NCBI RefSeq assembly: GCF_003428155.1
Contig: NZ_QLIR01000010.1
Location: 41,748 to 73,747, forward strand
Direction of reading: 5' to 3'
Source: Fastidiosibacter lacustris
Lineage (GTDB): Bacteria; Pseudomonadota; Gammaproteobacteria; Francisellales; Francisellaceae
DNA: 32,000 nucleotides
Below, one piece after another: positions 11,389 through 20,795 of this stretch (position 1 is its first letter; each line of letters begins with the position of its first letter). The notes below the pieces were generated by a model. It saw only the letters and a program-made list of their open reading frames with translations, was not told where the DNA came from and made no database searches. A program made the translations under genes and the position numbers.

Positions 11389-11666
11389 TTCTATCTTTAA
11401 TTTTTAAATAAAATTTAAACGCTTTAATTTCATCCTAATTTTAAAGGCTACAAAATGGATTGCCAAAATAAGAAAACATCGACTTATTAATTTCATTAAA
11501 GCTAAAATATAGAATTAATTACCATTTTTTATGATAAATATGTTTTTAGCATGGAAATACTGCAACTTTTTAAATATAATCGGCTTTAAAGTGATCATTA
11601 AGCATTTATGAAATTGCTTTGTGATTTTTTGGGAGAACCATTAATAAACGGTGATGAGAGAGAAAA

Positions 11667-12452
11667 ATGAAAGAAGACAATGTTATTTTATTAGTTAGTA
11701 CAAATCAAGATGATATAATAGCGCTAGAAAATTTACTTCAACGTTATTTGTTCCAAACAATAGCATGCTCATCGGGCGCTAATGCCCTAGAAATCTTGAG
11801 CACTCACAAAAATATTAAACTTGTTATATTGGACGTCTTATTACCAGATATGTATGGTATCGAAGTTTGCAAAAACATTCGTGAACGCAATCCTAATATG
11901 GCTATTATTTTTGTTTCAAAAATAACAGATGCTACAGAAGTTGTTTTATGCTTTGAAGCAGGAGCTGATGACTATATTGAAACTCCTTATAATCAGCATA
12001 TACTTATGGCACGCATTAAATCAAAACTCCGTGACCGCAATACACATCATACACCTTATGCAATCACTGGTTCTGTCAAAATTGATGAGCTTAACATTAA
12101 TGATTATATGCAAATTCAATTTGGTAAATGGGCTTACTATCCGCGTAAATCTTTGGTAACCCATCCAGATCAAGATGAAATTTACTTAACTGATAAAGAA
12201 GGTGCTCTGCTTAAGTTATTACTTTCTGATCCAAGCAAAACTTTTATGCGCGAAGAAATTGCCAAATATTTGAACCTTAACATAAAAGAAAGCATGATAC
12301 GTGATGTTAATATCCACGTTCATCGTTTACGTAATAAACTGACTCAAGGACACAACTCAAGCTCACCGATTAAGGCTGTGCGTTCTCAAGGTTATACACT
12401 TGATTCTTATTTAACTTATATCTATGACGGCAAAGAGGTTTCCTGCTTATAA
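11667..12452 (+). CDS. OmpR-type two-domain regulator with degenerate receiver
   Basis: KLVILDVLLPDMYGIEVC receiver with D56, GADDYIETPYN, and C-terminal wHTH EIYLTDKEGALLKLLLSD...RDVNIHVHRLRNKL...KAVRSQGYTL. Confidence 0.88.
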   Translation: MKEDNVILLVSTNQDDIIALENLLQRYLFQTIACSSGANALEILSTHKNIKLVILDVLLPDMYGIEVCKNIRERNPNMAIIFVSKITDATEVVLCFEAGADDYIETPYNQHILMARIKSKLRDRNTHHTPYAITGSVKIDELNINDYMQIQFGKWAYYPRKSLVTHPDQDEIYLTDKEGALLKLLLSDPSKTFMREEIAKYLNLNIKESMIRDVNIHVHRLRNKLTQGHNSSSPIKAVRSQGYTLDSYLTYIYDGKEVSCL

Positions 12453-12514
12453 TCTTTGGTTTTTTTAATGAGGGAGCTCTGTCTTCGTGTACAGAGTAGC
12501 TTAACATATGACTG

Positions 12515-12523
12515 TGTTATAAT
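12515..12523 (+). promoter_or_regulatory. Candidate extended -10 promoter element TGTTATAAT
   Basis: Exact TGnTATAAT in the gap between the 11667-12452 regulator and the 12803 gene end; no clear -35. Confidence 0.35.
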
Positions 12524-12802
12524 TTATAGTTGTAACGTATTTGTCACATATTTTATAAAATGTACAAACTATCAAATCAGAAATGAACTTGCTGTGGAAA
12601 TTGGTTATTGTAAAAAAAGTCATTTAAACAATAACGTATCTGCCGCCCTGTCCAATCCTTTACTCGCACTCAGACACGTTTTTAAGTACGCCCCTATTCA
12701 ATTAAAAGCACTTGAATTTTAACGTATAGACAACCTGTTTTTATTGAGCAAGAAAACTAGAGAACGAGATAAAATAAGACTAATCCCATCGTGGTGATTC
12801 TC

Positions 12803-15001
12803 TTAAAACCCACTTTCTTTGACCCATAAAATAAGGATTTGTTGCCATAAACTTGCAGCTAAAGACTTTCTTGCAATATTAATAAAGACTTTACCTCGAA
12901 TGACGTGGGACAAATTATATTGAGGTGAAGCCGTTGGCTTTAATAATAAAAGGAAAATGCTTTCCTGAGGAGTCAGTTTTCCTTCATTGTCAGGCTTTAC
13001 TGCAATGCTACCACCAAAGATTGAAGCGTGATATGTGCTAAGAGGAACTGCTTTATGAATATAGCTAAGGTTAGCCTTATTTTGATTTTGTGACAGTAAT
13101 AGACTTGCATGGGAGCTTATGATTTGCGTAATAATCACAGGAGTTTTAGTAAAATCGATGTTTTCAGGTACGAAATATCCGCTTTGATTATTGGTGAGTT
13201 TATCGTATTTTTTGGTATCGATATAAGCATGAAGTTGAATTTGATCTTTATTGACAAGCATCATTAGTGCTTGTTTGGCTTTTAGCCATGCTCCAATTTG
13301 TAAATCTTCAGATAATGACTCTACAACCCCATCGAATGGTGCATAAAAGTACAATTTTTCCTGTTCTTTTTGTAATTGATTAAGCTCTGTTTGAGTTTGA
13401 CTGATTTGAGTCATAAGAACTTGTTGTTGTTCAAGCTGAGTTTGAAAATGGACGATATTACGTTGTTGCCACTTAAGTTGTATAAGCTTTTGTTTAGTTT
13501 GTACAATTTTAAAATTTAACTTATCAGATTCTAGAACTGCTAAAAGCTCACCTTTCTTGATTGTTTGTCCTTTTTTAACGTATATATTGACGACTTTTGC
13601 ACCTATCTCAGTGTAGAGGGTTTGTGTTTGATATGACATGGTAGCAGGTAAGGAAATTTGGCTTTGCCAAGGGGTGAAAAAAATCAATATGAGTAACAAT
13701 AGGATAGAAGTTAAAATAATAGTATGCTTATTAAGTTTAATTCTGCTTTTAATGGTCCACCAAACCTTTAATTCACGATAAATAGGATGTAAGATAAAAT
13801 AAATGATTTCAATTGCAAAAAGGATAATCCCTAGTGCTTTAAAAAATAGGTGATAAACCATTAAAGCAATACCAAAAAATAGAAAAAAACGATAAATCCA
13901 ATTTAGAATTGCATAAGTGATGAGGATGTGTTGCCTAGAGATATTAAAATATTCTGGCATCGGTGCATTTAGTCCAAAGAGTATTTCTCTGATTTTCCAT
14001 CTTGTTAGAGCAAAACTTCTGGTTTGAAGGTTTCGCATACTCAAAATATCAGATAGAACATGATAGCCATCAAACCTTAAAAAAGGACTGATATTGATCA
14101 AATAGGTTGTCATTAAGCTATATGTTGCAAGAAAGAAACAGATACTTTTAAGTGCGCCTTCTGGAAATAGAAGCCATGCCCACAAAGCAAAAATAGCTAT
14201 ATAAGTTTCTGTAATAACGCCAGCTAGTGCAATCGTAATACGTTCTTTCGGGTCGTTGACTTTCCAGCTTTCCCCTGTGTCAGTGTAAAGCATAGGGAAC
14301 ATAACAAGAAAGGCAACTCCCATTACAGGCACGTTAAGAGCAAATTTTTTACACATTAAAGCATGACCTAGTTCATGGCAGCTTTTGGCAAAAATTAACG
14401 CAATGGCATAAAGTAAAATATATTCAATTGAAAATAAAGCAAAAAAAGTATTGGTAAACTGATCCCATTCGCGCAAAGTAAAGATAAGTGCAAATATTCC
14501 AAGAAATGTCATGATAAAAGCAAACGTTTTACCAAGCATAAAGCGAAAATAAGGATAGATTCTATCTAAAAACTTATTAGGTTTAACAAGTGGAACTCGA
14601 AAGAATAAATAATTTTTAACAAGCCATAAAAACCAGTTACTCTTTTTAAGAGATTGAATTTTATTGATACTTTTTAATATGGGGTAGTTTTGCTCAATTA
14701 GGCAGTTTTGTGATAAAAACTTAAGCATTTGACTTAAATCTTCTTCAGAAATTTGTGCTAAGGATTTACTTTTTATATCTTTAATAAACTCAGCAGGTGG
14801 GACGCTTTGCCAATAGTGTAAAATTTCATGTTCTTTCCAACCTAAATGAAAAAAGCGATTATTTAATGTGTCTTGAACAATCCAAGTTGGGCTGTTATTA
14901 AAATCCATACCTCCTTTCTCTAAGGTAACTCCTAAGCGAAGGGGTGGAAGTATTTCTGGTAGTTCTGTCATATTTTGCATTTGCATAGTGTTACCACCCA
15001 A
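12803..15001 (-). CDS. Three-part membrane protein: PqqD/RRE-like N-terminus, M50 site-2-type metalloprotease, HlyD-like adaptor C-terminus (supplied start is TTG; ATG at M6, M8 or M11 possible)
   Basis: Zinc motif HELGH at 14363-14377 (AKSCHELGHALMCKKF), second motif INISPFLRFDGYHVLSD, multiple TMs, then LYTEIGAKVVNIYVKKGQTIKKGELLAVLES...FYAPFDGVVESL biotinyl-lipoyl-like halves. Confidence 0.88.
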   Translation of the reverse strand: MGGNTMQMQNMTELPEILPPLRLGVTLEKGGMDFNNSPTWIVQDTLNNRFFHLGWKEHEILHYWQSVPPAEFIKDIKSKSLAQISEEDLSQMLKFLSQNCLIEQNYPILKSINKIQSLKKSNWFLWLVKNYLFFRVPLVKPNKFLDRIYPYFRFMLGKTFAFIMTFLGIFALIFTLREWDQFTNTFFALFSIEYILLYAIALIFAKSCHELGHALMCKKFALNVPVMGVAFLVMFPMLYTDTGESWKVNDPKERITIALAGVITETYIAIFALWAWLLFPEGALKSICFFLATYSLMTTYLINISPFLRFDGYHVLSDILSMRNLQTRSFALTRWKIREILFGLNAPMPEYFNISRQHILITYAILNWIYRFFLFFGIALMVYHLFFKALGIILFAIEIIYFILHPIYRELKVWWTIKSRIKLNKHTIILTSILLLLILIFFTPWQSQISLPATMSYQTQTLYTEIGAKVVNIYVKKGQTIKKGELLAVLESDKLNFKIVQTKQKLIQLKWQQRNIVHFQTQLEQQQVLMTQISQTQTELNQLQKEQEKLYFYAPFDGVVESLSEDLQIGAWLKAKQALMMLVNKDQIQLHAYIDTKKYDKLTNNQSGYFVPENIDFTKTPVIITQIISSHASLLLSQNQNKANLSYIHKAVPLSTYHASIFGGSIAVKPDNEGKLTPQESIFLLLLKPTASPQYNLSHVIRGKVFINIARKSLAASLWQQILILWVKESGF

Positions 15002-16331
15002 AGAATTGTCTTAGCGTTGTGATCGGTTTTCTAAATAAGTAATAGAATAAACTTACATTTTCCCCCATCAACTTGGCGGTTCCTTGACTACCAATTTTAG
15101 GAAGTGATTGATTGGAATCAAGGTAAGCAATGACTTGATAAGCAAGCACTTGAGAAGGTGTAATAGTAGCTTCGAAACTTGAATATTCAATTATGCCATA
15201 AACAGGGTTAAGTGGATCAGCATTTAAAAATAGCTTAACTTTATCACCCTTTTGAAAGTTAATTGCATCAGATACAGGTAACCAAATTTCGATTTCGATT
15301 TGATTAGGAATAGCAACTTGCATAACGTTTTCACCCGTGACAACTGGTTTACCAATCCATTGATTGGGAGTGTCAATAATAGCGATACCATCTATTGTGC
15401 TTCTTACATAAGATTCTTCAATCAAATGACGCGTATAATTAACCTCTAATGCTTTTTCTTGCATTTGAGCTTGTAAAACTTGAATTTCAGCACGTTTTTC
15501 TATGTCCTGGTAACTACTTTGAACAGCTGTTTTGTATTTTGCTGTTGCAGTGGCAAGTTCTTTTTGAGCAAGCTCATTAGCATTGACTAAATCACGCTTA
15601 TCCATATCAAACAAAATTTCGCCTCTACGCACATATTGCTCAGGCATGACAGCAATATTTTCAATTACGCCTTCCATTGGTACAGTAATAATTGCAGGAT
15701 CCTTGGCAATAATAGAAGCAGGTGCTAAAACGCTTTGTGGTACACGAATGAACATAGCACTCAGAATGATAACAATGAACAACCAAACAAGGCGTCTTCG
15801 TTTGCTTTTGAAGTAATATTTAATTCTGCCCAACAAGCCATTTGGTTTGCTTAAGTGTGACCATGCTTGATTGTATGAAAGAGAAATCCAATCGAATTGT
15901 TTTAGTTCATTTTCATTTAACATATCTGGGTTTAATAGAATGACCCCACCAATAATATCTTTATTAAGGTTGCGAAAGAAATAGATATGAGCATACTTTG
16001 CAAGTGGTTCAAGCCATCTTGTTGCAACAGCTTCTGCTACATCATCAATATTTAGAATCAGTAGATCTTTACTTTGATCATAATGGGTAATAATTTTGCT
16101 AATAAATTGATTAGCTGAAATTTGATAAGGACTGGTACCGTTGAGTTGGGTGATACCTGAGACACTCAAAATTTTTATGTTTTTATTTTGCCAAGAACTC
16201 CACACAATAGCACGTTGATATTCAGCAACAAGTTTGGTTTGGTGCGCGATAAAAAAAGCAAGTTCATTTAAAGTGTGGATTTCACGCATTTCTTGTTGTA
16301 AAGAGAGTAAATTAGCTAATACATCTTTCAT
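14991..16331 (-). CDS. HlyD-family periplasmic adaptor with cytoplasmic GAF-like N-terminal domain
   Basis: About 180 aa N-terminal soluble region, one TM (RRRLVWLFIVIILSAMFI), then VLAPASIIAKDPAIITVPMEGVIENIAVMPEQYVRRGEILFDMDKRDL...ESYVRSTIDGIAI. Confidence 0.82.
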   Translation of the reverse strand: MKDVLANLLSLQQEMREIHTLNELAFFIAHQTKLVAEYQRAIVWSSWQNKNIKILSVSGITQLNGTSPYQISANQFISKIITHYDQSKDLLILNIDDVAEAVATRWLEPLAKYAHIYFFRNLNKDIIGGVILLNPDMLNENELKQFDWISLSYNQAWSHLSKPNGLLGRIKYYFKSKRRRLVWLFIVIILSAMFIRVPQSVLAPASIIAKDPAIITVPMEGVIENIAVMPEQYVRRGEILFDMDKRDLVNANELAQKELATATAKYKTAVQSSYQDIEKRAEIQVLQAQMQEKALEVNYTRHLIEESYVRSTIDGIAIIDTPNQWIGKPVVTGENVMQVAIPNQIEIEIWLPVSDAINFQKGDKVKLFLNADPLNPVYGIIEYSSFEATITPSQVLAYQVIAYLDSNQSLPKIGSQGTAKLMGENVSLFYYLFRKPITTLRQFFGW

Positions 16332-16333
16332 TT

Positions 16334-17131
16334 TTAACCCTCTTTTCTATCAGTCACTTTATTTATTTTAAAATGAGCAATTCCACTCATACCTGAGAAA
16401 AGCATATCCGTGTTGAGAGTGGATGATTCATCATTTTTAACAAGTTTGCCATAAACTAAAATTGATTGGCTTGCTGGATCTATTTGACTAACAATTTTAA
16501 TAACTTGACCAGTAAGTTTTATATTAGGTAGCTCCTCTAACATTAAACTAAAGTTCGTCCCAATATGAATTTTGCTTAACCATGAAGACGGTATGTACAT
16601 TTTGACTTCAAGCTCTCGATTATCAACGATTTCAAGCAATGGATCATCTGTTTTAACCATTTCATTTTCTTGAGCGGATTGATGAACGACTTCACCGTTA
16701 TAAGGTGCAATAATTTGGCATTGACGTTGCTGGAATAAAATGATATCGAGGTCGGCTTTAGCAATCTCAGACTGACTTTTTGCTTTTGCCAAATCCATTT
16801 TACTGGCTGAGTTTAGACGCATAAGTTCAGTTGTACTTTGTAATAAAGCATCAGCCGCCTCAAGCTCAGCGCGAGCACGTAGCATTTTGAGGTCAATTTC
16901 TTCACAATCAAATTGTAAAAGTACCTCTCCTTTTTTAAAGACATCTCCTGGTCGAAAATAAATTTTTTGAATAGTCCCTGTCATTGGACTAGAAAGAGAA
17001 GCTTTGTTAATTGGGAAAACAGAGGCATATGTGCTTTGTTCGCCGGCATCGGTAAGTTGTTGAAAAGGGGTTATGCCATAAGAAAAACTAAGCAACATAA
17101 ACAAGGAGATAAATAAACTGCATGATTTCAT
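16334..17131 (-). CDS. Efflux RND/MFP-type periplasmic adaptor subunit
   Basis: Signal peptide MKSCSLFISLFMLLSFSYG; SSPMTGTIQKIYFRPGDVFKKGEVLLQFDCEEIDL...CQIIAPYNGEVVHQSAQENEMVKTDDPLLEIVD. Confidence 0.88.
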   Translation of the reverse strand: MKSCSLFISLFMLLSFSYGITPFQQLTDAGEQSTYASVFPINKASLSSPMTGTIQKIYFRPGDVFKKGEVLLQFDCEEIDLKMLRARAELEAADALLQSTTELMRLNSASKMDLAKAKSQSEIAKADLDIILFQQRQCQIIAPYNGEVVHQSAQENEMVKTDDPLLEIVDNRELEVKMYIPSSWLSKIHIGTNFSLMLEELPNIKLTGQVIKIVSQIDPASQSILVYGKLVKNDESSTLNTDMLFSGMSGIAHFKINKVTDRKEG

Positions 17132-17342
17132 AATCGTGACTTCCTTTTATTTGAGGCAGTTTTAATATGATTATTAGTTTAGATCAGCGTTTTTATTTGT
17201 ACAATAGAAAATAACTTTTTGTTATGTAAGTATTTAGCGATAATCATACATATAGGCGCATATTTAATACGTTTTTCTCTTAAGATGGAGTATGCTAGTA
17301 TGAGTTCTAACAAATGTCGATAATGCAAAATAAGGATAAATA

Positions 17343-17786
17343 ATGCAAGTTAAAGGTTTCAGTTTAGCAACACGTGTCATTCATATGATTGGCTTTGAAA
17401 TATTTGCTATTGTTATTTTCGCACCTTTAGCTGCTTTTATATTAGATAAGGGAATAATAGAAATAGGTGCTTTAGGCATATTCACTTCGCTTATTGCTAT
17501 GTTTTGGAACTTTATTTATAACTGGGTGTTTGACGTTTGGGAAGTGCGACTTGGCAAGGATAGGTTTAACCGTAGCGTGATAACAAGATGTATACATGTA
17601 TTATTGTTTGAATTAGGTCTTTTTATTGTCACCATTCCACTTGTTGCATTTTGGTTAGATATGACACTTTTGCAAGCGTTTTTAATTGATATTGCTTTTG
17701 TGGCTTTCTTTTTAATCTATGCTTTTGTTTATAACTGGATATTCGATCTTCTATACTTAAAACTTGTACGCAAAGTAAGCATTTAA
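17343..17786 (+). CDS. PACE (AceI-like, bacterial transmembrane pair) efflux transporter
   Basis: 147 aa, 4 TMs in two repeats: RVIHMIGFEIFAIVIFAPLAAF...ALIFTSL..MFWNFIYNWVFDVWE and RCIHVLLFELGLFIVTIPLVAFWL...YAFVYNWIFDLLY. Confidence 0.88.
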   Translation: MQVKGFSLATRVIHMIGFEIFAIVIFAPLAAFILDKGIIEIGALGIFTSLIAMFWNFIYNWVFDVWEVRLGKDRFNRSVITRCIHVLLFELGLFIVTIPLVAFWLDMTLLQAFLIDIAFVAFFLIYAFVYNWIFDLLYLKLVRKVSI

Positions 17787-17866
17787 ATTTGTATAAAATA
17801 ATCATTATTTAGCACCTTTAGTGTTACCATCTTACGATTATCAAAAACCTATCAGTAGGAAAAATG

Positions 17867-18532
17867 ATGCGAATTTTAGTTGTAGAAGACGATATTATGT
17901 TAGGTGAAGGAATAGTTGAAGGCTTAAAGCAGCATAACTACGCTGTAGATTTGATGCAAGATGGGAAAATGGCAGAAATGGCATTAGATACTGAACCGTA
18001 TGATGCAGTTGTTATGGATATTGGCTTACCTTTTAAAGATGGCATTTCGATTGTAAAAAGCATACGTGCTAAGGGAAACTCAGTTCCAGTTTTACTATTA
18101 ACCGCGCGTGATGCAATCGATGATCGTGTGCGTGGATTAGATTCAGGCGCTGATGATTATTTAACAAAACCCTTTGATTTATCAGAGCTTTTAGCAAGAA
18201 TGCGTGCATTGGTACGTCGTTCAGCTGGACGGAGCGATCCTAAAATTAAGTTTGAAGAGTTAGAGCTTGATCCTGCAGCACAAACTGTAACAGTAAGCGG
18301 TGAGTTTGTAAAACTTTCAAGAAGAGAATTTGCGTTACTTGAATGCTTGTTAGAAAATACAGGAAAGGTGGTTTCTAAAACGAAGTTGCTTGAAAAATTA
18401 TATGGTTGGGATGAAGAAGTAGATTCTAATACCCTAGAAGTACATATTCATAATGTACGTAAGAAAATTCAGAATAAATATATAAAAACGTTACGAGGCG
18501 TTGGTTATATTGTACAAAAACCAACAGCATAA
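17867..18532 (+). CDS. OmpR-family response regulator, QseB/PmrA-like, no adjacent histidine kinase in the window
   Basis: MRILVVEDDIMLGEGIVEGLKQ...VVMDIGLPFKDG...GADDYLTKPFDLSELLARMRAL...SNTLEVHIHNVRKKI...LRGVGYIV. Confidence 0.93.
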   Translation: MRILVVEDDIMLGEGIVEGLKQHNYAVDLMQDGKMAEMALDTEPYDAVVMDIGLPFKDGISIVKSIRAKGNSVPVLLLTARDAIDDRVRGLDSGADDYLTKPFDLSELLARMRALVRRSAGRSDPKIKFEELELDPAAQTVTVSGEFVKLSRREFALLECLLENTGKVVSKTKLLEKLYGWDEEVDSNTLEVHIHNVRKKIQNKYIKTLRGVGYIVQKPTA

Positions 18533-18619
18533 GCAATAAACCAAGTAAATCAGTGGACTTTAGACATAAAATCATTGAAGATAACCACCATTGATTTGAT
18601 GGTGTTTATTCTTTAGGTT

Positions 18620-20722
18620 ATGAACTTACAACTGCTGACTCAAAAGGGTGCACTGAGCTTAAGTGCAGTTAATAATATTATTAAGCTTCTTGATGAAGGT
18701 GCAACGATTCCGTTTATTGCACGTTATCGCAAAGAAGCAACCGATGGTATAACGGATGCCCAGCTTCGTGATTTTTATGCGCAATATCAATATTTACAAA
18801 AACTCGATGTGCGTAGAGAAGAAATTATCAATATTTTACAAGAGCGTGAACTTTACAATAATGAGTTACAAACTGTATTACACAATGCGCAAACCTTGAC
18901 TGATCTTGAAGATATTTACCAACCTTTTAAGCAAAAGCGTAATACTCGCGCTCAGCTAGCTATTGATAAAGGGCTACAAGCATTAGCTGACCGACTTATG
19001 AAAGCTTATGATAGTATTGATGATTTTTATGAGCAAGCGGCACGGTTTGTAAAAGAAAAAGTGACTACTGTTGAAGAAGCTATTCAAGGTGCTATGGATA
19101 TTGCAGCAGAATACTATGCGGATAATCCTAAAGAACGTGCCTTTGTTCGCGATCAAGTGTCACAATTTGGTCAAATGCAGATTAAAATAACAAGAAGCTG
19201 TGATAAGAATGGTAACTTTTTCCAATTTGATCAATATCAGTCAAATATTAATAAGATTCCAGCTCATAGATTATTGGCGATTTTTAGAGGCGTTACTGAA
19301 AAAGAATTAAGCCTTAAGATTGAAATTGATCATGAACGTTACAAAGAAAATATGGAGCGTCATAAACTACCTAAAAATGCAGCTGGTGTATCTTCAATTT
19401 TGCTTGATGCCTATTATGATGGTTATAAGCGTTTGTTGTATCCTGCTATTGAGCGCGAGATCATAAATGATTTAAAAGAAAAAGCCGAAAGTTCAGCGAT
19501 GAATGTTTTTGCTGGAAATTTAGCTCAGTTATTAATGACTCCAGCTGTTCAATCACAAGCGATTTTAGGTGTTGATCCTGGTTTTAAAACAGGCGCTAAG
19601 CTTGCGGTGATTAACCAAGAAGGAATGTATCTTGATCATGCAGTTATTTATCCTGTGGCACCTTTTAATAAGGTTCAAGAGGCAAATGCTGTTGTTACTA
19701 AATTAGTCAATAAATATAAAATTGATACCGTTGCGATAGGTAATGGGACAGCTTCAAGAGAATTACAAGACTTTTTTGCTCAGTATAATAAAGCGCTAAA
19801 AGTGGGACTTCGTTATACAGTGGTATCAGAAGCAGGTGCTTCAGTTTATTCAGCTTCAAAGCTTGCAGAAGAGGAATATCCAGATTTAGATGTAACAATC
19901 AGGGGTGCTATTTCTATTGCTCAACGTTTACAAAACCCAATGGCAACACTTGTTAAGATTGACCCTAAGTCCTTAGGTATTGGTCAATATCAGCACGATG
20001 TTGATCAAAAAAAATTAGCACAAAAGTTACATGATATCACTGAAGCCGTGGTAAATAATGTGGGTGTCAATCTGAATACGGCCTCTTATGTTTTATTGTC
20101 GTATGTATCAGGTATAAATACACGTTTGGCAAAAGAAATTGTCAGTTATCGTAATAAATATGGTGCTTTTACAAGTGTTGAAGAATTAAAAAAAATCAAA
20201 GGATTGGGCGACAAAACATTTGAACAATGTTCAGGTTTTATGCGTATCCCAAATGCCAAAAACATATTAGATAACACTGGTGTTCATCCTGAAAATTATA
20301 GTGTTGCAACAGCGGTTCTTAAAGAGATATCAAATGGGAAGTTTGAGCAAATAAACATTGTAAGTTTTGCTAAGCGATATAATATTGGCGAAGAGACTTT
20401 AAAGGATATTATTAAAGAACTTAAAAAGCCAGGATTTGATCCTCGTAATGAACTACCAGCTGTGAGCTTTAGTGCGAATGTACTGACGATTGAAAATTTA
20501 CAAGTTGGGACATCTGTATCAGGTGTAGTACGCAATATCACAGACTTTGGGGTTTTTGTGGATATTGGTTTAAAAAATGATGGGATGATCCACATTTCTG
20601 AATTAAGCCAAAAGCGTGTTAATCATCCTACAGAAATCGTAAGCTTAAATGAGCAATTATCAGGAGTTAAAGTGATTTTTGTTGATGTTGAGCGCCAACG
20701 TGTGGGGTTAAGTTTAAAATAA
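18620..20722 (+). CDS. tex: Tex-family S1 RNA-binding transcription accessory protein
   Basis: LLDEGATIPFIARYRKEATDGITDAQLRD...GVDPGFKTGAKLAVI...SVYSASKLAEEE...S1 domain SGVVRNITDFGVFVDIGLKNDGMIHISELS. Confidence 0.95.
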   Translation: MNLQLLTQKGALSLSAVNNIIKLLDEGATIPFIARYRKEATDGITDAQLRDFYAQYQYLQKLDVRREEIINILQERELYNNELQTVLHNAQTLTDLEDIYQPFKQKRNTRAQLAIDKGLQALADRLMKAYDSIDDFYEQAARFVKEKVTTVEEAIQGAMDIAAEYYADNPKERAFVRDQVSQFGQMQIKITRSCDKNGNFFQFDQYQSNINKIPAHRLLAIFRGVTEKELSLKIEIDHERYKENMERHKLPKNAAGVSSILLDAYYDGYKRLLYPAIEREIINDLKEKAESSAMNVFAGNLAQLLMTPAVQSQAILGVDPGFKTGAKLAVINQEGMYLDHAVIYPVAPFNKVQEANAVVTKLVNKYKIDTVAIGNGTASRELQDFFAQYNKALKVGLRYTVVSEAGASVYSASKLAEEEYPDLDVTIRGAISIAQRLQNPMATLVKIDPKSLGIGQYQHDVDQKKLAQKLHDITEAVVNNVGVNLNTASYVLLSYVSGINTRLAKEIVSYRNKYGAFTSVEELKKIKGLGDKTFEQCSGFMRIPNAKNILDNTGVHPENYSVATAVLKEISNGKFEQINIVSFAKRYNIGEETLKDIIKELKKPGFDPRNELPAVSFSANVLTIENLQVGTSVSGVVRNITDFGVFVDIGLKNDGMIHISELSQKRVNHPTEIVSLNEQLSGVKVIFVDVERQRVGLSLK

Positions 20723-20795
20723 GGTAAGTTTAGATATTATGACCCTTTTCTTATTGATATAACAACAACTAATTATTGTAAGTAGCAAAAAAAAG

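Noticed and set aside
12456-12722. 88-aa ORF as a full protein
   Set aside because: No clear RBS or domain, and the strongest promoter-like signal is inside it; kept only as a possible small-transcript region.
20296-20595. 99-aa minus-strand ORF inside tex
   Set aside because: Antisense to conserved Tex HhH/S1 coding sequence.
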